A stretch of DNA of 64,000 nt from Methylococcales bacterium. GTDB lineage: Bacteria; Pseudomonadota; Gammaproteobacteria; Methylococcales; Methylomonadaceae. The position numbers were made by a program, and so were the translations under genes. The stretch spans positions 10,486-74,485 of the forward strand of contig JAPLRP010000059.1 in the NCBI GenBank assembly GCA_026399095.1, in the 5' to 3' direction. The notes beneath the pieces were generated by a model. The model was not told where the DNA came from and did not search any database. It worked only from the letters and a program-made list of their open reading frames with translations. Of this stretch, positions 28,454-39,738 are shown piece after piece (the stretch's first letter is position 1; the number at the start of each line of letters is the position of its first letter).

Positions 28454-29803
28454 TTATTCTTGTTGATCTTGCGGCACTTCAGGTTGTTCAGTAGGTTTAA
28501 CAGAGGGCGCACGGCGTTTGCCTACATTTTTCTTGTCTCTGTGGCGTATTTTTACTTTTTCGGCAGCTTCTTTTTTGGGCTCTATTTTATTTTTTATACC
28601 CACAGCTTTGCCCGATGCCTTTAGTTTTTTTGGACCTTTATATTTTCCTTCCAGTTCTTTAATGGTTCGGCGTTTAAATTTTTGCTTTAAAAACCGCTCA
28701 ATCCCCGACATTAAATTCCATTCTGTGCTTTTAACCAGCGCAATGGTTAATCCCAGTTCATCAACCCGGCCTGTGCGGCCGATACGGTGTATATAATTGA
28801 TACCATTTCTGGGAACATCAAAGTTGATGACCAAATTGATGCCTTTGATGTCCAGTCCTCTGGCTGCCAAATCGGTGGCAAGCATGATTTTTATTTCTCC
28901 ATCGCGGAACAGTTCCATCATTCTGTTGCGATCTTTTTGATCCATTTCGCCATGTAATACACCGACACGGAGTTTTTGTCCCCGCAATGGGCCACGAAGT
29001 ACATCGGCTTGAATCCGACTGTTGGTAAATACTAGTGCTTTATCGTACGTTTCATTAAGCAGTAACCAGGCTAACAGTTTTTGTTTATGGTCATTGTCAT
29101 CCGCTACTACAATTTGTTGCTCAATGTTGCGATGACCATCATGTAGCGTGTTTAAGGCAACGACTTTATGTTCTTTCAAAATCTTGTCTGCCATTTTAAT
29201 CACGCCAAAATGGGTTAGCGTGGCAGAAAATAGCAAGGTTTGTCTTTGTGTATTACAGTGTTTAACAATAGACAATACATCTTCACTGAAGCCCATATCC
29301 AGCATGCGGTCGGCTTCATCGAGAATCAGAATTTCAAGGTTACTGAAGTTAGGTATTTCCTGCTCCATAAGCTCTAAAATTCGACCAGGGGTTGCAATAA
29401 CAATTTCCGTATTTCGTCGGAGCATGTTTTGCTGCAGCCTAAAGTCATCGCCGCCAGTAATAATGCCGACTTTAATATCGGTAAATTCTATTAATAGCTG
29501 GCATTGCTTGAAAATCTGCTGAGCCAGTTCCCGTGTCGGAGCAAGAATGAGTGCGCGAGTGCCCGGTTGTCTTGTCGGTAGCGTAATGAGATGATGCAGT
29601 GTGGGTAATAAAAAGGCGGCTGTTTTTCCGCTGCCCGTTTCGGCGCTGACCAAAAGGTCTTTGTGTTCCAATGCGGGTGGGATGGCTTGTTGCTGCACAG
29701 GTGTTGGTTGCTCAAAGCCCAGCTTGCTAACGGCTAAAAGCAGTGGTTCTGCGAGTGATAAGCTTGAAAATGAGGATTGGGCGTTTGTAGGATTTGGCTG
29801 CAT
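28454..29803 (-). CDS. DEAD-box ATP-dependent RNA helicase (RhlE-like)
   Basis: AETGSGKT, DEAD, SAT and HRIGRTGR motifs, with a Lys-rich C-terminal tail. Confidence 0.9.
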   Translation of the reverse strand: MQPNPTNAQSSFSSLSLAEPLLLAVSKLGFEQPTPVQQQAIPPALEHKDLLVSAETGSGKTAAFLLPTLHHLITLPTRQPGTRALILAPTRELAQQIFKQCQLLIEFTDIKVGIITGGDDFRLQQNMLRRNTEIVIATPGRILELMEQEIPNFSNLEILILDEADRMLDMGFSEDVLSIVKHCNTQRQTLLFSATLTHFGVIKMADKILKEHKVVALNTLHDGHRNIEQQIVVADDNDHKQKLLAWLLLNETYDKALVFTNSRIQADVLRGPLRGQKLRVGVLHGEMDQKDRNRMMELFRDGEIKIMLATDLAARGLDIKGINLVINFDVPRNGINYIHRIGRTGRVDELGLTIALVKSTEWNLMSGIERFLKQKFKRRTIKELEGKYKGPKKLKASGKAVGIKNKIEPKKEAAEKVKIRHRDKKNVGKRRAPSVKPTEQPEVPQDQQE

Positions 29804-29971
29804 GAATCTTGATTGGTTGCTGCGGTTAAGCAGTTAATGAATAGCAAATGTTTTGATGCATTATAAGCTTTTTGTACTTGGGGGATGATATAAATCACAA
29901 TGGATTGCTAATGATGTTTTAAATGTTAAGCTTATCATCATTGTTTTTTAACAAGTATAAGGGTAGAAACC

Positions 29972-30640
29972 ATGATTCCGATCAGAGATACTGCGCCATG
30001 CTATTCAAAACCCTATGTTACATGGGCAATAATGGCTGTTTGTACCGGCATTTTTATAACTATGAAACTAATACCTGATCAATTAGCGGTTAGTTTGTTG
30101 CACGAGTTCGGTATGGTGCCTGCACGTTATTCCGGTTACTATACGGAATTACCTTTTGATGGATATCTATCTTTCGTAACCAATTTATTTTTGCATGCAA
30201 GCTGGACACATTTGCTTGTTAATATGTGGTTTATGTGGATTTTTGGTGATAATGTGGAAGACAGGATGGGGCGACTGCCTTTTCTGTTTTTTTATTTATT
30301 GTGTGGCATTTTTGCAACCGGTCTGCAATGGTATTTTGATCCCCATCTTGATATTCCGGTTATTGGTGCTTCCGGTGCAATAGCGGGTGTGTTGGCGGCT
30401 TATTTCTTTTTATATCCACTTGAGCAAGTGATTGTATTTTTCCCTCCCATGTTATTCCATGTGCCTGCCATCGCTTTTTTGGGTTTGTGGGTGTTGTTGC
30501 AACTGCATAATGCGACGACTGCAATTATTTTTGAAGGGACGACTATCGATGTGGCTTGGTGGGCCCACTTGGGTGGATTTGTAGCGGGTGGGATTTTGTA
30601 TCGATTTTTTCTTAAGGTTAATAAAAATGAAGCATTTTGA
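29972..30640 (+). CDS. Rhomboid-family intramembrane serine protease
   Basis: GASGAIAG (catalytic Ser) and AHLGGFVAG (catalytic His) within a multi-TM protein. Confidence 0.85.
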   Translation: MIPIRDTAPCYSKPYVTWAIMAVCTGIFITMKLIPDQLAVSLLHEFGMVPARYSGYYTELPFDGYLSFVTNLFLHASWTHLLVNMWFMWIFGDNVEDRMGRLPFLFFYLLCGIFATGLQWYFDPHLDIPVIGASGAIAGVLAAYFFLYPLEQVIVFFPPMLFHVPAIAFLGLWVLLQLHNATTAIIFEGTTIDVAWWAHLGGFVAGGILYRFFLKVNKNEAF

Positions 30641-30756
30641 TTGCTTTAAGGTATAATTTTGAGCTTGAAAAAGTTGGGCTTTTTACAGAATTAACTGCAA
30701 CCAATAAGTTTTACTTATTATAAAAGCCTCTTAAAGTTATCGGGAAATTGAAAGTA

Positions 30757-31086
30757 ATGATGAAAAAAGTTAATGTTGCGTTGGTAAGGTTGCTCCAGTT
30801 TGTTGTTTTTGTATTGTTTATATTTATGGTAATCGTTTATTTTGGTGCTATGGTTTTATTGCCACTGGATGCTATTGCATTACTTATAAAATTAATGGGG
30901 GCTATTGGACTTCATGGTTTTATAGGGGCTTTAATTGCTATACCCGTAGTGGGTTATTTTTGTTTGATTATTTACAAGACCCCATTGCTTTGCAAAATAG
31001 TTGTTGATACTGGTATAGATCTGGTTAAAACCGGAAAATTAAGAGTTGATGCGTTTAATGAAATAGTTGATACGGTAAAAGCATAA
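30757..31086 (+). CDS. Small membrane protein, unknown function
   Basis: About 109 aa with 2-3 hydrophobic helices. The start is ambiguous: TTG at 30748, or ATG at 30757 or 30760. Confidence 0.35.
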   Translation: MMKKVNVALVRLLQFVVFVLFIFMVIVYFGAMVLLPLDAIALLIKLMGAIGLHGFIGALIAIPVVGYFCLIIYKTPLLCKIVVDTGIDLVKTGKLRVDAFNEIVDTVKA

Positions 31087-31110
31087 TCATTAATAAGCGC
31101 TTTGAACGGT

Positions 31111-31779
31111 TTATTTAAAAATGCCATTAATGAATGTAGAAATATCGCTTATTTCTTCACTACAAATGGAGTGTTCCATTAAGTAATCGTGCCATTCAAC
31201 GTTATAGTGTAAATCATTAAGATCATTGTAAACGGCTTTACCTGTTTCAATAGCGACTATTGAGTCCAGTATGCCATGACCCATAAATATTGGGGTTGTT
31301 GTGTTTGCAATGGAAGGCTCTGATTTTAGTTTTTCAAGCGTCGGAAAGTAAGCAGAAAGGGAAACAATACCTCCCAGTTTATGCGGGAAGTTGAGGCCGG
31401 TATGCATGGCAATGACTCCGCCTTGAGAAAAGCCTGCCAGTAATATATGCTCTGACGGGATGCCTTTAGCCATTTCTTTTTGTATCAGTTGCTCCAGTTG
31501 ACTTGCTGATTGGTATATTCCTGATATATCAACTTTGCGCTCTAGGGTCCTTTCCAAAATATCGTACCACGCACGCATTTCCATGCCGCCATTAATGGTG
31601 ACAGGCTGAATAGGAGCGTTGGGGAAAATAAAATGGATATGAGCTTGAGCTAATAAATGCAGATCGGGAACAACGCCTTCAAAATCGTGCCCATCCGCAC
31701 CTAAACCATGTAGCCAAATGACAGAATACTTATGAATTGATTTTGGTTTGATTTCAATTGTACTTAGATCTGTTTGCAT
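31111..31779 (-). CDS. Carboxylesterase/phospholipase-family alpha/beta hydrolase
   Basis: GFSQGG nucleophile elbow. 222 aa, the typical size for the Abhydrolase_2 family. Confidence 0.8.
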   Translation of the reverse strand: MQTDLSTIEIKPKSIHKYSVIWLHGLGADGHDFEGVVPDLHLLAQAHIHFIFPNAPIQPVTINGGMEMRAWYDILERTLERKVDISGIYQSASQLEQLIQKEMAKGIPSEHILLAGFSQGGVIAMHTGLNFPHKLGGIVSLSAYFPTLEKLKSEPSIANTTTPIFMGHGILDSIVAIETGKAVYNDLNDLHYNVEWHDYLMEHSICSEEISDISTFINGIFK

Positions 31780-31969
31780 AGGTGTTTTCCAAGAGTTCTA
31801 TATAATGGTTCAAACTGTTTCATCTACACTATCCATTATATTAGGGTATTAAGATTTGTAAAATTGAATGTCTGCGTTTAAAGTGATCACAGTCGACAAT
31901 TCAATTATAGTAAAAAGCGATAATTGAGTAGAATAAACAATTGCAATTGCTTATAGTTAATGCTGATTT

Positions 31970-32281
31970 ATGCTAAATGATATCATTTTAATCTGTTTTA
32001 TGTTTTTGGCTTATGCCTATTGGATTAACGCGCAAAAGGCTAAAGAAATTGCATATATTAAAGCCAAAGGCCACTGCTTGGCTATGGATGTACAGATGTT
32101 GGATGAGTACGTCGCTTTAAATAGTATTAAGCTTAAAAGAGATCGCAGCGGAAAAATACAATTACAGCGATTATTTACATTTGAGTTTTCATCGACAGGA
32201 GATGAGCGCTATAACGGAACATTATTAATGCTCGGGCAAAGGGTGGATTCTGTTTATATGGAGCCTTACCGAATTGAATAA
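31970..32281 (+). CDS. DUF3301-like small membrane-anchored protein
   Basis: 103 aa. N-terminal TM segment followed by KAKGHCLAMDVQMLDEYVAL, resembling DUF3301. This call is from memory. Confidence 0.45.
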   Translation: MLNDIILICFMFLAYAYWINAQKAKEIAYIKAKGHCLAMDVQMLDEYVALNSIKLKRDRSGKIQLQRLFTFEFSSTGDERYNGTLLMLGQRVDSVYMEPYRIE

Positions 32282-32447
32282 TTTAGATGGAATATCGAAC
32301 TATCCATTTTTAAACAAACACCAAAGATTCTATATATTGACCTGTTTTAAGTCATCATTAAAATGAAACTTAAGAAGGCGATGTTTTAGCCTTAATAGGT
32401 TAATATAATTAAGGTAATTAAATTTTAACTTTTCCAGTGATGAAACT

Positions 32448-34949
32448 ATGCCGCATAGACGATTTAAAAAAAGCAACCCCGTCAGTTCACTTTCCGACCT
32501 TCAGGATTTAGGTATGACTGCAAAAGAAATTGAAGATGATATCAAACGTTATTATGGTCATAGGCTTGGTAGAGATGAAAGCTGTAAATCAGTCCATTAT
32601 GTATATGAGGCTTTGTCTTTAGTTGTTAGTGATCGACTCATCGAGCGTTGGAAAAAAACATACAAGGCCTATAAGAAAGAAGATTGCAAAAAAGCCTATT
32701 ATTTGTCGATGGAATTCTTAATGGGTCGGACACTCAGTAACGCAATGTTAAATTTGGGTATTGATGACGCTGTTGCCCAAGCCACGTATGATTTGGGGTT
32801 AGACCTTGAAGAATTAACTGATGTCGAACCGGATGCCGGTTTGGGTAATGGTGGTTTGGGACGCTTAGCCGCATGTTTTATAGATAGTTGCGCCACTTTG
32901 CAATTACCTGTAACCGGTTATGGCTTACGTTATGAATATGGCATGTTCTCTCAAACCATTGTTAATGGTGAACAGGTTGAAGAGCCGGATCACTGGTTGC
33001 GTAATGGTAATGTCTGGGAAATACAACGTTTAGAGTATACCCAGCGTATTAAATTTGGCGGACGTACAGAGAGTCATATAGACGAAAATGGTAATAAGCG
33101 GAGTTGTTGGGTTGATACTCACGACATACTCGCAGTGCCCTTTGATACGCCAATTCCTGGTTACCAAAATGGTACGGTAAATACCTTGCGTTTATGGAAA
33201 GCGACAGCAACAGAAGTGTTCGATTTACAAGAATTCAACGCGGGTGACTATGCTGAATCAGTGGCTGCTAAAAATAGCGCTGAAAATATTACGATGGTGC
33301 TTTACCCGAATGATGCTAATGAAAACGGAAAGGCATTACGACTGCGCCAACAATATTTATTGGCTTCTGCCAGTTTACAGGATGTGTTGGAACTTTGGGT
33401 AGGCCGGCACGGCTATGATTTTTCTGAATTTGCAGCAAAAAATTGTTTTCAATTAAACGATACCCATCCCAGTATCGCCGTTGCAGAGCTTATGCGCTTA
33501 TTGATGGATATTTATGGGTTGGCGTGGGATGAGGCTTGGAAAATCACCAGAAGTACGATGGCTTACACCAATCATACGCTCTTGCCGGAAGCGTTGGAGC
33601 GATGGTCCGTCAATCTCTTTAAGCAATTATTACCCAGATTGATGGAGATCATTTTTGATATTAATGTGCTATTTTTGGCAGAAGTTTCTATACGTTGGCC
33701 AGGTGATAGAGAACGTATATCAAGAATGTCTCTGATTGAAGAAGGCGATGAGCAACACGTTAGAATGGCTTATTTGGCTATAGTGGGCAGTTATTCAGTT
33801 AACGGGGTTGCAGAATTACATTCAAAATTGCTCCAGCAAGGTTTATTTAATGATTTTTATGAGCTATGGCCAGAAAAATTTAACAATAAAACGAATGGCG
33901 TGACGCCTAGACGTTGGTTGGCTGCTTGTAATCCTGAGTTAGCAGGATTAATTACAGAAACGATTGGTGACGGTTGGATAAGGGATTTATCTTTATTAAA
34001 GAAGCTGGAGCTTTATGTCGATGATAAGGCATTTTGCAAGCGTTGGTATGCCGTTCAGCAGGGTGCAAAGCAAAAACTAATTGATTTTAAAAAGCAGGAA
34101 ATGAATATAGACGTCAATGTTAACGCTTTGTTTGACGTACAGGTTAAGCGTATACATGAATATAAACGTCAATTATTAAATGTTTTGCATGTTATTCATC
34201 TTTATGACCGCATCAAGCGTGGTGACACTGCTAACTGGACGGCTCGGTGTGTATTGATTGGTGGTAAAGCGGCGCCCGGTTATTTCATGGCAAAAAGAAT
34301 AATTAAATTAATCAATAATATTGCCAATGTTATCAATCATGATCCTGATGTGGGTGATAAATTAAAACTTATTTTCATGCCTAATTACCGAGTATCCGGC
34401 ATGGAGAAAATTTGTCCGGGTGCTGATCTATCGGAGCAAATTTCAACCGCGGGAAAAGAAGCTTCCGGTACCGGTAATATGAAGTTTATGATGAATGGTG
34501 CTTTGACGATTGGTACGCTTGATGGTGCTAATATTGAAATTCGTGAAGAAGTGGGTGATGATAATTTCTTTTTATTTGGTTTAACTGAAGATCAAGTTGA
34601 AAGTTTGCGACATCATTATGATCCCGTTGCAATCATTAATCAGGATGAAGATTTGCAAAGAGTGATGAACTTTCTTGAATGTGGACATTTTAACCAATTT
34701 GAACCGGGTATTTTTGACGGCATTATTAGTTCATTAAAAAGCCCGCATGATCCTTGGGTGACCATTGCTGATTTTAGAAGTTTTGTAGAAGCACAAAAAC
34801 GGGTAGAAGTGGCTTATCAGGATAAAGATCGTTGGACAAAAATGAGTATTATCAATACGGCCAACAGCGGAAAGTTTTCTACTGACAGAACGATTACTGA
34901 ATACAATAATGAGCTGTGGAAGTTAACGCCAGTCAGTGTTCCAAAATAG
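32448..34949 (+). CDS. glgP: Glycogen/maltodextrin phosphorylase
   Basis: 833 aa with the PLP-lysine motif EASGTGNMKFMMNGALTIGTLDGANIE. Confidence 0.95.
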   Translation: MPHRRFKKSNPVSSLSDLQDLGMTAKEIEDDIKRYYGHRLGRDESCKSVHYVYEALSLVVSDRLIERWKKTYKAYKKEDCKKAYYLSMEFLMGRTLSNAMLNLGIDDAVAQATYDLGLDLEELTDVEPDAGLGNGGLGRLAACFIDSCATLQLPVTGYGLRYEYGMFSQTIVNGEQVEEPDHWLRNGNVWEIQRLEYTQRIKFGGRTESHIDENGNKRSCWVDTHDILAVPFDTPIPGYQNGTVNTLRLWKATATEVFDLQEFNAGDYAESVAAKNSAENITMVLYPNDANENGKALRLRQQYLLASASLQDVLELWVGRHGYDFSEFAAKNCFQLNDTHPSIAVAELMRLLMDIYGLAWDEAWKITRSTMAYTNHTLLPEALERWSVNLFKQLLPRLMEIIFDINVLFLAEVSIRWPGDRERISRMSLIEEGDEQHVRMAYLAIVGSYSVNGVAELHSKLLQQGLFNDFYELWPEKFNNKTNGVTPRRWLAACNPELAGLITETIGDGWIRDLSLLKKLELYVDDKAFCKRWYAVQQGAKQKLIDFKKQEMNIDVNVNALFDVQVKRIHEYKRQLLNVLHVIHLYDRIKRGDTANWTARCVLIGGKAAPGYFMAKRIIKLINNIANVINHDPDVGDKLKLIFMPNYRVSGMEKICPGADLSEQISTAGKEASGTGNMKFMMNGALTIGTLDGANIEIREEVGDDNFFLFGLTEDQVESLRHHYDPVAIINQDEDLQRVMNFLECGHFNQFEPGIFDGIISSLKSPHDPWVTIADFRSFVEAQKRVEVAYQDKDRWTKMSIINTANSGKFSTDRTITEYNNELWKLTPVSVPK

Positions 34950-34958
34950 TTTTTAATA

Positions 34959-35429
34959 ATGTTTCATATTGTTTTGTTTGAGCCGGAGATTCCGGCTAAT
35001 ACGGGTAACATTATTCGCTTATGTGCAAATACCGGCACCCAATTGCATTTAATAAAGCCGTTGGGTTTTGAGCTGGACGATAAGAAATTACGTAGAGCAG
35101 GATTGGATTATCATGAATGGGTTGCTGTTAAAGAACACTTATCGTTAGCTGCTTTTTTTGAAACGGTTAAACCTGAGCGTGCTTTTGCCCTTACCACTAA
35201 AGGTAAACAAATAGTCAGTGACGTGGTTTTTAGGGCGGGGGATGCTTTTTTATTTGGCCCTGAAACCCGAGGCATTCCTGAAAATATTTTGGCTGACATG
35301 GGCGCTGATCATTGCTTGTATCTGCCCATGCAGTCAGAAAGTCGGAGTCTAAACTTGTCTAATACGGTCGCCATTGTTTTATATGAGGCTTGGCGGCAAT
35401 TATCTTTTGCAGGCGCTATGATCAAATGA
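34959..35429 (+). CDS. trmL: tRNA (cytidine/uridine-34 2'-O)-methyltransferase
   Basis: [26 protein letters not shown], SpoU-type, 156 aa. Confidence 0.9.
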   Translation: MFHIVLFEPEIPANTGNIIRLCANTGTQLHLIKPLGFELDDKKLRRAGLDYHEWVAVKEHLSLAAFFETVKPERAFALTTKGKQIVSDVVFRAGDAFLFGPETRGIPENILADMGADHCLYLPMQSESRSLNLSNTVAIVLYEAWRQLSFAGAMIK

Positions 35430-35453
35430 TTTTTCCGGGATAAATGAATAGTT

Positions 35454-36464
35454 ATGTTAATCAATACAACATTTAAACCCGCTTGGTGGTTAAATAACGC
35501 CCATTTACAAACGCTCTATCCTGCTTTAATTCGTAAAATTTCATCCCCTCTATTACGACGTGAACGGTTAACAACACCTGATAATGATTTTATTGATATC
35601 GATTGGTGCGGGGAGGGCATGCAGCCGTTAATTATTTTATTACATGGCTTAACGGGTAGTTCTCAATCAGTCTATATCAAAGGCTTGCAGAGAATTTTAT
35701 TGCAGCAAGGCTTTCGCAGTGTTGCTCTAAATTTTAGAGGCTGTAGTGGTGAACTAAATCATTCAGCGCGTTGTTATCATTCAGGTGAGACAGAAGATAT
35801 TCATTTTCTTTATCAAACCCTGCGGCAACGTGAGCCGGATACCTCGTTCGCAGTGGTCGGCTTTTCATTGGGCGGTAATGTGCTGCTAAAATGGCTGGGT
35901 GAGCAAGGTGATCAATTAACTTTGTTTGCCACGATAGCGGTTTCAGTGCCTTTGGTCTTAAGTAACTGTGCAACCAAATTAGATAATGGTTTTTCCAGAC
36001 TTTATCGTAAAAGTTTATTGTCAGAATTAAAGGTTTTTGTTAAGGCAAAGCAACGATATTTGGAAAAGCTGGGCAAGCTTCAAGAAGCCGAAAAAATTGA
36101 GCAGTTAGGTGATTTAAAGACCATTAAATCATTTTGGCAATACGATGACAGCGTCGTGGCCAAGTTGCATGGCTTTAAAAATGTACACGACTATTACCAA
36201 CGCTCCAGTTCACGGCAGTTTCTTAAATCGATAGTCATCACTACGTTATTGATTCAGGCTTTTGATGATCCTTTTATGACAGAAGAAGTGCTGCCGGGTT
36301 TGGATGAGCTTTCATCCAGCATTCATCTTGAAATTACCAAAGGAGGCGGGCATGTCGGGTTTATTAGTGGGCAAAACCCTTTTAAACCGGCTTATTGGTT
36401 AGAGCAACGTATTCCTGAATTTTTGAAGCAGCAATTATCAGTTGGCAGCTTGAGTTCTGATTGA
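35454..36464 (+). CDS. YheT-like alpha/beta hydrolase
   Basis: LLHGLTGS and GFSLGGN motifs. 336 aa. Confidence 0.75.
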   Translation: MLINTTFKPAWWLNNAHLQTLYPALIRKISSPLLRRERLTTPDNDFIDIDWCGEGMQPLIILLHGLTGSSQSVYIKGLQRILLQQGFRSVALNFRGCSGELNHSARCYHSGETEDIHFLYQTLRQREPDTSFAVVGFSLGGNVLLKWLGEQGDQLTLFATIAVSVPLVLSNCATKLDNGFSRLYRKSLLSELKVFVKAKQRYLEKLGKLQEAEKIEQLGDLKTIKSFWQYDDSVVAKLHGFKNVHDYYQRSSSRQFLKSIVITTLLIQAFDDPFMTEEVLPGLDELSSSIHLEITKGGGHVGFISGQNPFKPAYWLEQRIPEFLKQQLSVGSLSSD

Positions 36465-36490
36465 ATCTAAAGGTTTAACACTGATTAAAG

Positions 36491-36829
36491 CTAACCTGGA
36501 GGCCAAACCATTTGCCGACCACCCAATAAATGTAAATGCACATGGTAAACTTCCTGCCCACCTTTTTTGTTGCAATTAAATACGGTTCTGTAACCGTCTT
36601 CAGACAGGCCTTCTTGTTTGGCAAGATTAACGGCTGTTTGCAATAAATGGCCGGCCAGCAAGGTATTATCAAGATCATTCAAGGTAGTAATATGTACCTT
36701 GGGAATAATAAGAATATGTACTGGCGCTTGTGGATTGATGTCTCTAAAAGCAAGAACAGACTCATCTTCAAAAACCACATCCGGTTTAATATCACCAGCA
36801 ACCATTTTGCAAAATAAACAGTCGTTCAT
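36491..36829 (-). CDS. HIT-family nucleotide hydrolase (HinT-like)
   Basis: CLFCKM at the N-terminus and the histidine triad HVHLHLLGG. Confidence 0.9.
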   Translation of the reverse strand: MNDCLFCKMVAGDIKPDVVFEDESVLAFRDINPQAPVHILIIPKVHITTLNDLDNTLLAGHLLQTAVNLAKQEGLSEDGYRTVFNCNKKGGQEVYHVHLHLLGGRQMVWPPG

Positions 36830-36903
36830 TTTTTTTGCCCTTACAATAAATGTTTAGTAAAGTTCGCGTTAAATAAGCTGTAATACAACGATCAATCAAC
36901 TAG

Positions 36904-37500
36904 TTAAAGTTCTTTTCGTCCTTTAAAAGCATGGGACAGGGTGCCGCTATCAATAAATTCCAGTTCACCGCCCATCGGGACGCCATGCGCTATCCTGCTG
37001 GCGGCTACTTTGTGTTTTTTGGCTATTTCATTAATAAAATAGGCTGTCGCTTCACCTTCTACGGTAGAGTTGGTTGCCAAAATAAGCTCCTTAACAGTGC
37101 CTGTTGCCAGTAAGTGTTCAAGCAAATCCAAGCCCAACTCATTCGGACCTATGCCATCCAAAGGCGATAAACGACCGTGAAGAACAAAATAACGTCCTTT
37201 GAATACGGTTGCCTGATCTACAATCCAGACATCGGCAGGGCTTTCTACGATGCAAATAAGCGAGTTATCTCTTGAAGTATCCTCGCAAATATCACAAAGC
37301 GTCTGTTCAGTCAGTGTTCTGCATTGCTGACAATGACCTATCTCATTGATTGCACGCAGCATTGTTTCAGCCAGCAACTTTGCGCCGTTACGGTCGCGTT
37401 GAAGCAAGTAAAACGCCATACGTTGCGCTGATTTAGGGCCAACGCCTGGCAAGCTACAAAGATTGTGTATCAGTTGCCCGAGTATGCCTTTTTGTTGCAT
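36904..37500 (-). CDS. recR: Recombination protein RecR
   Basis: [14 protein letters not shown] helix-hairpin-helix, C4 zinc finger CQQC...CDIC, Toprim region. Confidence 0.95.
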   Translation of the reverse strand: MQQKGILGQLIHNLCSLPGVGPKSAQRMAFYLLQRDRNGAKLLAETMLRAINEIGHCQQCRTLTEQTLCDICEDTSRDNSLICIVESPADVWIVDQATVFKGRYFVLHGRLSPLDGIGPNELGLDLLEHLLATGTVKELILATNSTVEGEATAYFINEIAKKHKVAASRIAHGVPMGGELEFIDSGTLSHAFKGRKEL

Positions 37501-37501
37501 C

Positions 37502-37825
37502 TTAAAAAGGTAAACTAAATCCGGGGGGTAAAGGAATGCCCGCTGTTACTGCTGACATTTTTTCTTTTTTCATTTTACCGACTTTATTCACGGCATCGTT
37601 AATCGCTGCAGCAACCATGTCTTCGAGCATGTCTTTGTCATCACCCAATAAAGAGCTATCAATGGTTACTTTTCTAGCTTCACGTTTACCTGACATGACG
37701 ATAGTGACCAAGCCGCCGCCGGATTCACCGGTTACTTGCATCAAAGCCAGTTCTTCTTGAACTTTTTTAAGATCTTCCTGCATTTTTTGGGCTTGCTGCA
37801 TGATATTACCTAATGCATTTTTCAT
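37502..37825 (-). CDS. ybaB: Nucleoid-associated protein YbaB/EbfC
   Basis: 107 aa with [18 protein letters not shown]. Lies between dnaX and recR. Confidence 0.9.
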   Translation of the reverse strand: MKNALGNIMQQAQKMQEDLKKVQEELALMQVTGESGGGLVTIVMSGKREARKVTIDSSLLGDDKDMLEDMVAAAINDAVNKVGKMKKEKMSAVTAGIPLPPGFSLPF

Positions 37826-37841
37826 TTTTTTCTCTCTAGTA

Positions 37842-39413
37842 TTAAACAGGTTCTATGGTGCCAGGTAAAATCCGCGCATCAAAATGTTCTTTTAAGGCCA
37901 GTATATTATGATCTGAATTAATGGCTTCGACAGAAGCTTGCTGCTTGTCTTCGCGGTCTTTGCTTAATTGAACGGCCGGTGTGTCAATCGTGGTTTTTTT
38001 AGCATTGATAGCCAGTTTAACAGGCTTACCCCGATAGGCTTGTAATGCTTTTTGTAATCTTTCTTGGGTTCCGGATCCTCTGATATGATCAGGATCTACA
38101 ATCAAGTTGCAAACGGTATCATCAATATGTTCCAGAACACAATTATTGGCAAATTCTTTAGTCGGGCCGGTAAGCCTCATTGCAACGATCATTGACAGCC
38201 AATCATTGGTGATAGGAGCGGCAGGTGGTTGGTTTTGAGGCGCCGTCTCAATAACAACTTGAGCTTTTATTAGAGGCGTTTCAGATACAGTTTGCTGAAT
38301 TTTAACCGGCTTTACGAGGCTTGGTTCCATCGTTGCCGGTTTAAAGGTCAGCATGCGTAACATGACCATTTCAAAGCCACTACGCGGATCGGGGGCCAAA
38401 TTAAGATCCTTTTGTCCGACCAAGCCAATTTGATAAAAAAGCTGAACATCTGCTGGTTGCAGTTGAGAGGCTAAGGTCGCAATCATATCGATATCAAAAT
38501 CGTGATCAATGGCAGAAGGTACTTGTTGAACCAAGGCGACACGATGCAGAATTTGCAGCATTTGATGCAAAACATCACTAAAGTCCGGCGTTAAATTGGC
38601 AATTTCATTTATTTTATCCAGAATGGCCGGTGCATCATTCTGAGCTAGCGCTATTAACAGGTCATCAACCGGCTGCTGTGCAACGGTTCCCAGCATGGAT
38701 CTGACTTCTTCTGTTGGCACTTTGCCGTTACCATAAACGATGGCTTGATCTAACAAACTTAAACCATCACGCATACTGCCATCAGCCGCGCGAGATAATA
38801 GTTTTAAGGCGGGGGCTTCAAATTCAATTTTTTCTTGTTGGAGTATAAATTCCATTTGAGAGAAAATTTGCGTCGGTAGTAAGCGCTTTAGATTAAATTG
38901 CAAGCAACGGGATAGCACGGTGACAGGGATTTTATGAGGATCCGTTGTCGCCAGTAGAAATTTTACGTGAGGAGGGGGTTCTTCCAACGTTTTTAATAAC
39001 GCATTAAAGCTATGCCCGGACAGCATGTGAACTTCGTCGATGATATAGACCTTATAGCGTCCCTGATTAGGAGCATATTGAGCATTATCGAGAAGGTCAC
39101 GAGTATCTTCTACTTTAGTACGGGAGGCGGCATCAACTTCGATTAAATCAAGAAATCGTCCTTCATCCAGCGCTAGACAAACGCTACAGACGCCGCAAGG
39201 ATTGAAGTCTTGGAGATTTTCACAGTTGATGGCTTTAGCGAGAATTCTTGCGATTGTAGTCTTTCCTACACCGCGAGTTCCTGTAAATAAATAGGCATGA
39301 TGAAGCCGATTATGTTGCAAAGCGTTGGTTAACGATTTGACGACATGTTCTTGGCCGACGACTTCGGTAAAATTGTGGGGACGCCATTTTCTGGCGAGAA
39401 CCTGGTAATTCAT
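37842..39413 (-). CDS. dnaX: DNA polymerase III subunit gamma/tau
   Basis: [12 protein letters not shown] and GTRGVGKTT Walker A. ATG at 39413 is preferred, because the ORF-track extension to 39473 overlaps the SRP RNA. Confidence 0.95.
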   Translation of the reverse strand: MNYQVLARKWRPHNFTEVVGQEHVVKSLTNALQHNRLHHAYLFTGTRGVGKTTIARILAKAINCENLQDFNPCGVCSVCLALDEGRFLDLIEVDAASRTKVEDTRDLLDNAQYAPNQGRYKVYIIDEVHMLSGHSFNALLKTLEEPPPHVKFLLATTDPHKIPVTVLSRCLQFNLKRLLPTQIFSQMEFILQQEKIEFEAPALKLLSRAADGSMRDGLSLLDQAIVYGNGKVPTEEVRSMLGTVAQQPVDDLLIALAQNDAPAILDKINEIANLTPDFSDVLHQMLQILHRVALVQQVPSAIDHDFDIDMIATLASQLQPADVQLFYQIGLVGQKDLNLAPDPRSGFEMVMLRMLTFKPATMEPSLVKPVKIQQTVSETPLIKAQVVIETAPQNQPPAAPITNDWLSMIVAMRLTGPTKEFANNCVLEHIDDTVCNLIVDPDHIRGSGTQERLQKALQAYRGKPVKLAINAKKTTIDTPAVQLSKDREDKQQASVEAINSDHNILALKEHFDARILPGTIEPV

Positions 39414-39441
39414 TTCAGGCTCGAAAAAGAGTGATAGTTTT

Positions 39442-39555
39442 GGGCGGTAATCGTACCAGCCACATCCCGGCACACGAATCTGCTGCTACCGTTGCTTCCT
39501 TCCGGACCTGGCGGGGTTTACAGCGTATCGTTGCGAGAGGACCGATACGATCACC
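39442..39555 (-). ncRNA. ffs: Signal recognition particle RNA (4.5S RNA)
   Basis: The reverse strand reads GGTGATCGTATCGG...CCAGGTCCGGAAGGAAGCAACGG...GTGCCGGGATGTGGCTGGTACGATTACC. It has the conserved domain IV motif GGUCCGGAAGGAAGCA, and the 5' and 3' ends pair. It is about 114 nt, in the classical position upstream of dnaX. Confidence 0.85.
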
Positions 39556-39738
39556 ATTATGCTTCAGCCGTATTGGCTAAAAGAAGGCTATTATCGTTGA
39601 TAAAAAATTATTATACAAGCTAAGAAGTGAATAATTTTTTTGGTTAAGAGCAAATAAAAGTTTTTAAAGTTGGGCAGAAATGATATCTAATGGTTATGAC
39701 ATGATTAGAGTTGAAAAGATACTTTACTGTTACATTTA

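Noticed and set aside
37842-39413. Programmed -1 frameshift site in dnaX (A AAA AAG type)
   Set aside because: No in-frame A-AAA-AAG heptamer was found on the coding strand. The A-runs seen (near 38830 and 37990) are in the wrong frame or position.
39414-39473. N-terminal extension of dnaX. Similar extensions affect acnB (53935-53997), the TonB receptor (41803-41874), rpoZ (44518-44613), mutM (60768-60938), btuB (62053-62139), cysG (14465-14512) and pilins 1 and 2.
   Set aside because: Conserved family N-termini begin at internal ATGs with plausible SDs. The extensions overlap an RNA gene or riboswitch, or have non-protein-like composition.
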